Part shown: piece after piece, positions 23,174 through 35,312 of the stretch
Layout: each line of letters starts with the position of its first letter
Position numbering within the stretch: position 1 is the first letter of the stretch
NCBI GenBank assembly: GCA_910592345.1
Contig: CAJVPI010000115.1
Span: 1-52,479 of the forward strand
Source: Paraglomus brasilianum
Taxonomy: Eukaryota
Direction: 5' to 3'
DNA length: 52,479 nucleotides
Notes under the pieces: model-generated
What the model was told of the DNA's origin: nothing
Seen by the model: the letters and a program-made list of their open reading frames with translations, nothing else
The model's database searches: none
Position numbers and translations under genes: made by a program

Positions 23174-24118
23174 CTCAAGTTACGCTTCCACCTCCCAAGA
23201 CGTCTAGTTATGATAACTCTGTGTCTGGAATAAAATTACTTGCAGCCGAGTCTATCCTCACATCCAAGAACTCTTCCCACAAACCGCAAAATTTTCCGAA
23301 TAGTATAACTTTGATTATTCTTACTTGTAAAGTATAGTTGATGTCTTCATGTTCAGGAGAATATATACTACTGAAAGTCCCTCTACGGGTTGATCGCAAA
23401 GCGAAGCCTGATAAGAAGAAAGGATCTTAATTTTTTACGCGACCAGAGGATCATATCCCATAATTCGTTGCAAGAGAGGACGATAACAATTCATACCGTT
23501 CATTACATACTGTGATCGGTGACCGGGCAAAGTATCCCACCCATCTATATATACAGTGTTGCTCGAATATGTCTTTCAGTCTTGTATCTGCTTCCTCCTG
23601 AATGATGGGGATAAATTTTACAGTTTAGTGGTAGCGTGTTAAGTAATATACAGCTTTTTTGTTCATTGGGTACTTACCATCTTGCTTTCTTGTTGCATCC
23701 TAGGAATTATTCTCGGCGCCAGACGCTAATTGAATGCGTTGTAATCGTTGTTTATTGAGGAGCTTTACCATTAGAGGACTGATTCTTCTATTGTATGATC
23801 TCTACCAATCGCCTATTTCTCGTAATAATATAACCTCAGAATAAGTAGATTCGCAAGCTCCAAGTGATCGAATAGACGACTCATTCAGCGCCTAGCCCAC
23901 AGAAGAAGCGCACTGCCTACTAATTGACATTCTGAGGTTATGCCTCCGCCTCCTGTACGTCTGGTTATGATAACTGTGTCTGAAATAACTTACTCGCGGC
24001 AGTATCCTATCCCATCATCCGAGTCTTTCCCCGATGATTCGTAACGTTAGATCTCCACGTTTGTTGCAACATCTCAAGTTATGCTTCCATCTCCTATACG
24101 TCCGTATCATCACATCCA
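23174..24118. repeat. Three diverged direct repeats in a degenerate region
   Basis: ctcaagttacgcttccacctcc (23174), ctgaggttatgcctccgcctcc (about 23932), ctcaagttatgcttccatctcc (24073). The first two continue as gttatgataact..gtgtctg.aataa. Confidence 0.7.
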
Positions 24119-25663
24119 CGTTTGTTTCCTTCTAGATGTTCCGATACTAAAACAGGAACCCTTCTACGATGCAGTCTGTTGAGCGTGTTTTTACCGAAAA
24201 TCAGCTTGACAAACCGCTTCTATGATTTCATCTTGCAGAAGAATTTATGCGTATTAACCGCTATCTTTAACGTGGATTGTAAAGCCTAATGATACGTTCG
24301 AATAAGGATTCAATGTTTTGCGGATGATTACAATTATGATTGTAAAACCGCAACCTTTTTGCATTTGCTCGATTAAGCCAAGTCCCTTCTTGAAAGCCCG
24401 TATACAGCACAGAATTATCGAGCAACATATTTTTACGACCATAAACTCGATGTATGCGTTTTTCCATTATTTCGAAAGCATGTTGCATTACAGGAATCCT
24501 CCGTATGTATCGGTGGGAATAAAACTTTTCAGGCGATGTTGGTTGAAATCGTTATAATCGACATTATCATGATATCGAACTGTTTAAGGTACTTTATTTA
24601 CGATATTAACATGTTACATGATACTTTATTTACAATATTTAAATGACATTTACAAAATAAAACCTATCACTATAATTATGTGCGTATATATATCAGTGCT
24701 CTAACGAATAGAACACCATCATTGTCCGCAGCCACCACCGTATAGCCCACCACCACCCTAATCCCATTATTCAACCCAAGAAGAGACCATAAATGTCCTT
24801 TATTTCTCTGACATGTATTTTCACGCCAGAAAAGCCGGGGAAAGGGGAGACTAGCGCCTAACAGCACTAGTAGATTTTGCTCATAATTGTCAATGTTGGC
24901 ATTTGTCTACTCATGATAGTGCGCGCTGTCTCGGCCAAAGCATCTGTTTTTAGTCATCCGGCAGGGAAGAACTCTGCTTTCCCTCGTACCATCCGTTCCT
25001 CCTCCTCCATCGTCCTTACAGGTATGGGGGGACTTATCAGCTTGCAGTCCGCCTCCTTCGGTATTGTCGGTGGGATGGCAGCTTCGCAGGGGATGTATTG
25101 AGCGAGAGCCATTTCCCATTTTCTTCTTCTTTCGCCGGCGCCGCCGTAATGTTTCAACAATTCTTTATCCTTCTTTTGCCGTTCCGTCGTTTTCCCGGCT
25201 TACGAAGGTTGAGAGGAAACAATAATAACGTTGGGTATTCTTGAGTAGTATTCTTGGGTGGTATTCATGGACTTTAGTATTGGAATGGTCTCTTTCCGAA
25301 TCTCCGGTTTTAATATTAAAGTATTATATATTATATATCCTTTAAAGACAGCATATTCTGCTAATTTATGCTTCGATAAACTCGTTTTCTTCAATATAGA
25401 AGGCTGCCTCACATTGGAACAGAGTGGAGTTGCATGTAGTAATAGTAATAGATGATAAACAGGGTCCGAAATTTTTAACATCACTTCTTGAAGACATAAA
25501 TTTGCAGGAAATCGAAATTTGCCTTATTTGATATCAAGACTTTAGATTCTATCGATTACCCGTACCACATTGGTTCTAGTACCAGTACTGTGTGTACTAG
25601 CTCTAAAAAAGAAAGCTTGTGTACTTAGCATTCTTCATGGTACCGTAATAATAGTATTATTAT

Positions 25664-25760
25664 ATAGTCAGCCTCGATAAGTCGGTCCCTGGAGATGTCG
25701 GTTTTGGCTTAACTCGACCAAAAAAATTTTCATTATTTAAAAATTCTCGATAAGTTGGTC
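25664..25760. mobile_element. pogo-like terminal repeat/MITE remnant
   Basis: atagtcagcctcgataag end with the internal repeat ctcgataagt(c/t)ggtc; a similar end is seen near 49265-49447. Confidence 0.4.
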
Positions 25761-26696
25761 AACCTCTGTAAATTCGCGATAGAGGTAAAAGAAAAATAGC
25801 ATTTGAAATAGGAGGTTTTTTTGAGAGACGCGCAGAAAGAAGGGTATATAAACAAATTTCCAAGCCACACCCCGATATATACAGTGCCGACTCAAAAGTC
25901 ACGGGCCAGCCATAATGTTGGCACATTACTATTATAGCCAATGTTTTTACAAAATGTTATCTAAGCATAGAATTCTAAACTTACTTAGAGCATGTTTGCA
26001 TGCTATCGAAAATAGACAAATAAAATTTTACGACATGAACATTTAAAAAATAGTTTACTTAACAATTTACATTTATTATAAAATTTTGTGAACAGCTTCG
26101 TTAAAAATATTCATTCAGCATATATTCAAGCATAATTGTACAATTACAATACTCCAAACCCGAGTTCTAACATTATTTTAAAACAACGTAGAACGAAATT
26201 CAATCACCTTTTCCCGATTCTCATTTGTACGATTCCCATGTTTTCGACACCACTGCAATCAATCTTGTTTGTTGTTTGGTGATATAAACGGGTTTCTGCA
26301 GCAACCTGACTATTGTATCCTGCCTCATTGAGACAATTAGATTGAACAATCCTTTCAAGGTGGCTTTTGTTAAGACCCGATTCTCATTAATATGCCTATA
26401 CGCGGTAATAAAAATATTCGTTATGCAAATACAACTAAGAGGATACGTCGTCAATGGAATGCATATGATAAAAAAATTACGGGATATCAAATAAGAAAGA
26501 CGGAAGCAATGATAAAAATAATTTATTATTATTTTGCAACAAATTCGAATTCGCAATTACCCTAATCATAGTGCTTTAAACCCACGATTTTCAGGACCAT
26601 TCGGAACGGCCAATTTCAATTTTCTATTTGCATCTATAATTTGATATATCAGCTGATCACTTCCAAATCTCTCATCTATTGCTATTACTTTCTTTA

Positions 26697-29600
26697 ATGT
26701 TCCAACCACTTTCTCAAACACACGAGTCTTCTCCGCATTGTCAGACTGGGTTAGAGTTAACTGAATCCGACCTTGCGAATGGATGGAATCGACAGAATAC
26801 AAGCATTGCGCCCGACTTTTTGGAGAGATTTTACAAAAATTCGCGGTTACATCATTTGTCGACATGGCGGGCGGAGTTGAAACAAATGATAGCGAACAAT
26901 CAATCGACTTTTCGAGAAAGAAGAACAAAAAGAACAGATGATGAGGATCAAATTGTGATGTACGTATATTTGGCTGAAGAAACGTTGCACGAGTTTTTCA
27001 TTACAAGTAATGACTGACGACTTCATGATTGGTGTTTGGAAAATGACCCGTGATGAAGGCACGTTGATTTCGATGCATTCTTCGCCTCGGTCGGTTTGCT
27101 AGACCGTCCGCATTTAATAAATAGGCCGGTAACGTGAAATCTCATACCATTTATGATACGTAATATTCTTCAATAATTTTGAATTACTTATTATCGAAAT
27201 ACCAAAAGGTGGGTGTCTGTCATGCGAAAGGTACCTCAACTAAGATAGATTCCTCCAGCGAAATAGCCTCGGTTAATTATATTGCGCGGTCATATGGTAT
27301 CTCGAATGGGATGCAGTAAGTCTCTCAAAATTCAAATTATTGATGACTTTGATCACGATCATTTGTGAAATAATTACCCAAAATTTTTCACTTACAAGCG
27401 TTGGAGACGCGCAGAGATTATGTCCAAACTTGATTACGATTCCGTATGAATTTGAGAAGTATCACGCCGTGAGCCTTAGGTTCTATGAGATTCTAATAAA
27501 GTATGCCACAGAATTGCAGGCTCTCAGCATAGATGAGGCTTTGATAGAAGTCGGACGCACAGTCAGGGAGGACTATGGCGGAGATGCAGAGGAATTTGCC
27601 AGGCAGCTCAGAAAAGAGATTAAGAATGAGACTCGATGCGATGTAAGCATGGGTATTTCAAAGAATATCTTATTGGCAAGGTAAGTTTCGATGAGTTGTT
27701 TGCTAATCATGATTAACTTTTTGACGTCGAATTTGTATACATACGTGTTGACAGGATGGCCACAACCTATGCTAAACCACGCGGCCAATTTTATATAAAA
27801 GATGATTATATTGACGAATTTCTAGAGAATCAAAATGTTGACAGCCTACCGGGTGTAGGCTCGTCAATGGCGCAAAGACTAGGAGAAAAGGTAATTCGAC
27901 TGTTTATCATATTTCATGCTTATTCGCACATCTCACGTTAGAATCAACGCTTTTCTGTAGGGAGTAATCACAATAGCAGATCTTAAAAATTTAACTATGG
28001 GTGAATTGCAGGCAGAATTTGGACCCAAGGCCGGCAAAACGCTATACAATTTTGCCAGAGGAATAGATAAAAGGTCAATACAAGTAGATAGCCCTAGAAA
28101 AAGCGTTTCAGCCGAAGTTGCCTGGGGCGTGAGATTTGAAAATGATGAGCAGGTCGAGGTAAATTAATAAAAGCGATAGTGTAGATTTGCATGGTCTCGC
28201 GAATATTGTATTTTTACTAAATTTAAATTTGTTCACCAAATTTTAGAAATTTCTCCATGAACTATGTGAAGAAGCGGTTAAGCGGCTTAAGGACGTGAAG
28301 CTAAAAACTAAATCAGTAATGTTAAAGGTGATAAAAATTAATCCAATACAGCACGAGTAATCGTTTTGATAGATTTCTGTTTACCAAGTCTATAATTATA
28401 CCAGATCAAATTACGCAAGCCCGAAGCAGGAGCGCCACCAAAGTTACTTGGTTGTGGAGACTGTGATAATTTTTCGAAATCAAAAACTTTTGCCTATTAT
28501 ACAGATAGTTTTGAGCTTATCTGGAACGAATGTTTGGCATTACTAAAACAGTTTGGGTGCAGCTGTGTGGAAATCAGAGGTCGGTCTTGTCCGGTATGCC
28601 ATCTTAACTATATCAAAAAATCCCTGTGTACTAAGGTTGTTGCTGTTAATTAGGTATTGGTATACAATTACAAAAGCTTAATACCGAAACAGGAAAGGGG
28701 CACAAAAGTCTTTCAGGTGAGGACTTTTAGAATATTAGTGGTAATATCAAATCGCTTTTTTATAACATTACACAAATTTTGTCTGTAGACTATTATAAAT
28801 CAGCGGCTGATGCGGAAGGGAGAGAAGAGCAGCCAGCTGATTCAAATGATCAAAGCCAACAGTGCTATGATGAAAGCTTGATAGGCGATGAAGAGAGTCG
28901 CATGGACATCATTAGTAGCTCTCCAGATTTATCATCACCCTTTAATAATGGCGTTTGTGAGCCTTCCAGGAATTGTGAGCGCAATCAAGAAAGTATAGAA
29001 CGTAATGTGGATGAGAATCGATCACATACGTTACAACAACGACATCCGAGCTATAGCGAACCAGGGAATTCTGTTCCAATGTTTGTTCCTGTGAAAATGG
29101 AATTTGATGATGATAACATGATGCTTGGTGGAGAGTCGTCATGTTCACAAATGAGAAATGAAAGCGAGATGCTCAAGATGGAGGAAGGTAATGAACCTAT
29201 AGAGGTGGGGCCCTGCGTGCTTGGCTATTAGGAGAGGCAATATATGAATAGGATAAACATGTTCTAACAAAGATATGCCATGACGTCCCAACTAATACTC
29301 AATTTCTCCATATGATAAGACACTGAAATAGAACGCAACTCAATCATAGACAGGCCAAATGAGAGAGACTTACCGTGTCAAGAAACATGGAACGAGCTAC
29401 CCCACTCCCGCCTAATTACAGCAAATTACAAAGTATCTAAAAAGACTGTCAGCAAGAACAACCGTAGTAGGAAGAATACATTGCAGAAACCTCCGAGGCG
29501 GAAGAGTAAAATCGAGGACGAGAGCCGAGGGCTGAATTTGGATAAGAATGGTGAATTTGATCGGGATGTTTTTGATGCTCTCCCCAAAGGTAATTGGACC

Positions 29601-29834
29601 AATAACAAATAAGCGTGATGAACGCGCCAAGATCCGCCCAGTCGTTTTGTAATTTATACATTATTACTCATTCTCTCATTTACGTTCTTTCATCGATTGG
29701 TTATTATAGAGATTCAAAAAGAAATCATGATTGAATTTCGGTTTCATACTCCGCTGAGAAATTTGCGACCTATACATAAGAAAGTTAAAACCGAATCGGA
29801 TGAATTGACCAAGTATCCCAGTGGATGGTTGTAG
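26697..29834 (+). CDS. REV1: Rev1-type Y-family deoxycytidyl transferase; no BRCT or C-terminal domain seen
   Basis: N-digit FYKNSRLHHLSTW, HVDFDAFFASV, SIDEA, LPGVG, RKSVSAEVAWGVRF, GCGDCD, RGIGIQ, UBM DVFDALPK|EIQKEI, stop TAG 29832-29834. The 5' end is uncertain. Confidence 0.88.
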
Positions 29835-32191
29835 GGTATACGTACAACGATATCTTGGCAATTGAGTGATAGTGAATAAAATGTAGAACCTATTTTTGGC
29901 TAAAGCCATGTGTGTCCCAAATAAATTCTTTTGGGTTTGAACGAGGTATCAATTATACACCACAAAAATCCTAGTCTCTCAGTGGCATCATATCTTAACA
30001 CTCCTTTAATCATACAGTCAACTTTCTCCCAATAACAATTTTGGCATAGTACATGATTAAAGAGCAAAAGACATGACAGGTCACCATAATAATAATGTGT
30101 ATGTGTCTTGTTAGATTAAATTTTGCTTTTTCAAATTTTCTCCCATACAAATCGTCAGAAAAAAAAAGGAATTCCTTTTTGCCTTCTGTGAAATTTATGT
30201 TTCAAAATTATCGAGCTGGTTGCCCAATTATCCCCAACTTGGAACAATTATTAAAAGTGATTATTTCAGAATTGATACTATGCAGGAAACAAATAAGATT
30301 CAGTGACATATTATTCGCTCAATTTGGTTTTACTTCAGTTTTACCAAGAAAGGTGTTTATTTTAACCCAGCAAGGGAAAGCCAACTGTCTAACCGGAGAA
30401 CGTGATTAATCGCGTTACAATTGGAATGCAATTCAAGAATGTCGGACCAGTGTGAAGTTGTTACAGCAATAGTAGTATTAATTTATGACTTGTCATATCA
30501 CGAGGATTTGTCAACTGCCCCCAAAAAAGTAACAGCGGTAAGTTTTACATTGAAAAAAATTTTAGTTTCAAAAACTTCTGGTAAATTATCTTCCTGCAAC
30601 AAATTAAACTAATTCTGAGGGACATTTTTCAAGAACAAAGGACAATGAATTAAAAACAAACACCACGACTTTGATGTCTTTATTGATGACAAGCATTTGT
30701 GTTCAAATTGACTGGGGGATATTCTCAAAATTTAGCTCAAAACGTGATCTCTCGCGTCAATTAAGGCGTAGCTAAATTTGCAGGCGGCTCTTATACCTTC
30801 TACTTCCAAGGTATAAACTCTCATTCGAAATGTCGTGCTCTACTATCTAATTAAATAATAAAAATAATAATATTATTATTATCCGCTTAACTACTGCCTG
30901 TCGGCAATAGACACTTCCGTACAGCAACAACAACGCACAAGAATAAAACTACTCTTAGAAAAACAACTAATAATAATCTTTAATATTAATTGAAGAGTGT
31001 ATTAATTATAAAAATGCGATAAATTTCGACGCGTCTAATCACATACTCGTTCTTAGCCGCTCCTAGTGAATGAGTCCAATCAAAAATCGTAGGCAATAGT
31101 TTCACCATCGATCGTAGTATTTTATTTATAAGTTATTATTTGCTCAATAAACTATAGCAAATTTATATTACTATTTCAACACACTCTGGCGATGAAATTT
31201 TTATAAGCAGGGTTTTGGACCTGTCGGTGAAATGAAATGATTGCCTCCCCTTTCGGGATCTTAGAAGTCTCACAGTCTCTTCCGATTCTGTCCGAACATG
31301 GCTGACCAATTCATGTTGATATCACATTTCTGAAGCTTTAATAAGAAGTAGCAGCTCCAACAAATCATGATTCTATCGAAGGGAAGAGTAGGGAAACGAC
31401 AACCAAGGAATTAAAACAATTATCGTTATAATGTATAAATGGGATAATGATAATATGTTATAAATTAATTTAATTGGGTCAATTAAGGGACGTTATCAGC
31501 TTACCTGTTGATAATAAAGGCAAACAAATACTTAATTAACTTTTTAAATAAAATTGTCTAGTTTTTAGCTTTCTATTTCAAACGCGTATTTAATCATCTT
31601 ATATAACGCAGCTGTGTCGAAGTTATAGCTAAATATCTGTGTCCAAAGACTTTTATAACGCACTGTATAAAGAACTAATTGTTTATAGACCACACACACG
31701 CACCACAGAATCTAAGACCAATTGATCTACTTTTAGCAACGCTTATTATAATCATTTTATAATCAGCATATACTGTGATATCTGCCCGATCGAATATTTT
31801 CTGTAACACTGGAGTTACGCGGAAATTTACGTCATAATTAATATCAAGTCTGTTACTATATTCGTTTCTTGGTTCTTATTTTGATAAATTTCTTTTCTTT
31901 AAAAACACAAGGGGCGATTTTTTCTCCTTGCTCTTTTTTTAATAGTGCTGTAATTCTTTAGTTCCATGGTAAATCAGTTTCATATTAATACTAATGTTTT
32001 TATTATTATACTAATACAGAGATAATCTTATATTAATAATATTTATCCACAAGTAGTAATAGTAAAATTCACACCGAGTTAATTGTGACACTTCATATTA
32101 ATAAGGTTAGTACATTCCTCAGTTTGGAACGGCTTACCCCAAATGCCCACTAGAAGGGCGTTTAATCTCGCATATTCATATATTAATATCA

Positions 32192-33756
32192 ATGAAACCT
32201 GATCGACACAGAGAAGAAAATTCACGAAGATATCACGCTAAGCTTCGCTCACAAGGTGGAGAGGCAGCAAAGGAGGCACAAGAAAAGCGTAGAGAGCGTC
32301 AATTGAAAGCAAGAGGACGTAAGACAAGAGAATGTGAAAAAGAAGAAGAAGAAGAGGGGAAAGAAGAAGGAGCTAAGAACGTTGAGCGAGAAACATGTAT
32401 GTATCCATGATAAATAAAAGCTTTGATCGAATGTAGCTCAATTATGTATGTCCATATTGATAGCTGCGAAGCATGCCTATCGTCGAAGGAATCTTGGCAA
32501 TAATTTATATAGATATAGGGAGATATCTGATGGTATGAAGACGTAGAAAGGTATTTGCTTTCACTGTTCTTTGCATGCTTCATAACACACCAATTTGATT
32601 TCAAAGAGTCGGCCGGGGAAGATGACATTAATAAAAAGACAGCTGATTTCTTGACAATGATTACCAAGTCAGGCAGGCATTTACCCAATTAAAGTTGCAA
32701 CTTTAAGTGCGTTCACTGACTTTGCAAAGCTAAGATTCTTCTGCATTACAGATAATGAACCATACGATCCATCAACGTATTTTCAGTTTACGGAAGAAAA
32801 AGAATTTACTGAAGCTACTCAAAGTACTGATGAGGTACGGCTGATTTCAATCATTTTCTAATCACATCGTGAATAAATTAATAATTATAATCTGCAGGTT
32901 TACAACGATCTTGTGAACATTCGCTTGGATGATCTAGAGCTTTCGTTAAGCACTGTTTCGTTAGAAGACAGACTCAATTTGGGCAATGGTAGTCTTGGGG
33001 TATGTGTTTATATAAACGAAACTTTTTGACAAACGAAAACCCCCCAGCAAATAACAAGATTCTTGAAATTTATGAGAAAGGGGTTCAATGAGATGTTAAA
33101 CATTTTAGGACCAATAATGCCAAAATCGACAAGATCGGTTAAGGAAACCCTAACAAAGAAGTCCCAAAATGAAAATACAAACCGACCACCAATCCAGGCA
33201 AAAAAGCCACCGACGCGAGGTACTTATTTGCAAAGACACTAGTAATCTTTACGCTTGATATGTAATTAGTCCCCGCTTGATCTTGCAATTGGTTAAACAT
33301 TACCGATAATAAGGTGTTGACAAAGGCAGAACGTCAATACTATCTGGCGCGCCAGAGAATTTTATGCACCCCGCTGACAAGATTATGATCAAATCGCATT
33401 CTTAAGGTTTTACAGTATCACAATCTTCGAGGTTGGAATCTGCAAAGTCAACAACCCAGCCAACAATGGAAATCAAAGGCGAAGTTATTGATGACTTCTT
33501 AAAGTCACTAGATGAGAATGGTGTGTGCAAATACTAGGTTTAACTTTGCCATTGGTAATAACAAATGCTTATGTGTTTGTGTGTGTGTTTGTTTTTCTTT
33601 GTTTTTCTTTGTTTAGTTGTAACAGAAGCCACTCAACCTGCAAGGTCGCGAATAAGAAAACCATCGACTCCCAGTTCTTCAAGCACAACCATTAAGGATG
33701 GAGTGCCAAGCGTTAATGATATGGAAAAATTATTGGATGATATTTTAGGAGAATGA
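32192..33756 (+). CDS. Aven-like protein (spliced)
   Basis: Spliced translation gives YRRRNLGNNLYRY, ADFLTMI, STYFQFTEEKEF, VSLEDRLNL and C-terminal DMEKLLDDIL. The order matches Aven motifs recalled from memory. Confidence 0.6.
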
Positions 33757-34023
33757 ATACCTGCACTCATTACTATTATTGCATATCTATCACTTCCATA
33801 ATATTAACACAATCCTCCTGTCTTATTATAATCAATGTAATCCTTAAATTATAACCCCTTTTCCAATGTTGCTATTGTGATCATAATATTGATAATTCGT
33901 TACAAATCGTGCCTCGATCGAATCGGTTTATGCACTATACTTTGCTATCAAACCCTGATTCAAAGGATATATAAATCACTTTTTTCGCCTCGTCCATTGC
34001 ACCATACAATTTTATCTGACATA

Positions 34024-35019
34024 ATGTCTCATTTTCAAGATGCGAAAAATATTACAATAGTCGAAAACGATCTAACAACAAGCGTCTGGCAATCCGGCCG
34101 CCAAAGCATTACAATCGATTTCCGCTCAATTTTATACTTGCGTGTCTTATTTTCCGTATCTAGTTTCGAAGACTCCGATTTCGATTACGATAACATAGAT
34201 GATCAATATGGTACTTGTAAGTTCATCGAAAAGGATCCCGAGACTCGCTTGCTTTCAAATGAATCCGTTGAGGGTTCTGTGGTGGCTACCAACTCAAAGA
34301 CAAAGGATGGTCTGGCCAACAATAGCGGGTACGATGGAAATAGTGATAAAGAGGATGAAGGTTCAGAGCGTGAGGATGGTAGACAACGCGTGAACGAACA
34401 GCTTGAGAATGTTTCTACACGTCAAGCAAAGAGAAAAAGGAAAAAAGCTGGCGTTCAAATATCTGAAGACGCATCCGTTGTGTCAAGAACAAGTTCTATG
34501 CCACATTCTCTAGATGATCAAATGATTCCCGAGTCTATCTCATTTCTCAACGTGCGTGATTATCATGAGCTCTGTCTGCTGCTCAAAGGGATTGTTAACT
34601 GCACTCCGAAAGTACCTGCGGTGTTTCATATTGAAAAGAAAACACCAAAATCTGATATTCTTGAGCATCTGCAAATATATTATGATGATATGAAACAAAA
34701 AGATTCGCGTCGCAATTACTTCACCTCTGCTTTCAAATACGGATCTCTTGTCCGCTATCTATCACGCCACCCTGAACTGATTGACTACGAAGAGCAGAAA
34801 ATGTATCTAAAGACTTCTTACAGGTTGATGAAGAGGCAGGGTAAGCTTAGTGTTCGAGTATATGAATTATTTGGGATCCTTGGTGAACAATCATTGAAGA
34901 ATGTGACTGCAAACACTATGCTATATCTGGAGAAAATCACCAAACCTCAGTTTAAACAATTAATTAGATTTGTAAAGTCTGCGAAAAAAAAAGGCGACTC
35001 GACTCGCTATGAAAATTAA
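34024..35019 (+). CDS. Intronless hypothetical protein, possibly from a repeat- or TE-associated family
   Basis: Open frame of about 330 aa from ATG 34024: acidic linker, basic KRKRKK, helical C-terminus RVYELFGILGEQSL...LEKITKPQF. Confidence 0.6.
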   Translation: MSHFQDAKNITIVENDLTTSVWQSGRQSITIDFRSILYLRVLFSVSSFEDSDFDYDNIDDQYGTCKFIEKDPETRLLSNESVEGSVVATNSKTKDGLANNSGYDGNSDKEDEGSEREDGRQRVNEQLENVSTRQAKRKRKKAGVQISEDASVVSRTSSMPHSLDDQMIPESISFLNVRDYHELCLLLKGIVNCTPKVPAVFHIEKKTPKSDILEHLQIYYDDMKQKDSRRNYFTSAFKYGSLVRYLSRHPELIDYEEQKMYLKTSYRLMKRQGKLSVRVYELFGILGEQSLKNVTANTMLYLEKITKPQFKQLIRFVKSAKKKGDSTRYEN

Positions 35020-35312
35020 TTAGCAATGAAGAAAATGGTTTTTGTTTTTGGAAGGGCAGATTTGTGAAAATATATACACATGACATTGTATGACACGCAA
35101 ACGTCAATCAAATAAATGAGTGAAAATTTGAATGTAAATTACGATGATTTTATTAAATTGAATTTTTGACATTTTTGGGCGTTTGCTATAACTTACTTTT
35201 GATGATCAAACTATATAATCCAAACTACTACTAAAATAAATAATAGATGCCAAATAAAATTGCACACATGAATATACAAAATAGTGATCTCTTTCGATGT
35301 TTTAGTTGCTCA

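Noticed and set aside
29325..29341. aatagaacgcaactc as a fifth micro-insertion
   Set aside because: Weak match, no TSD, and it lies in a Rev1 exon.
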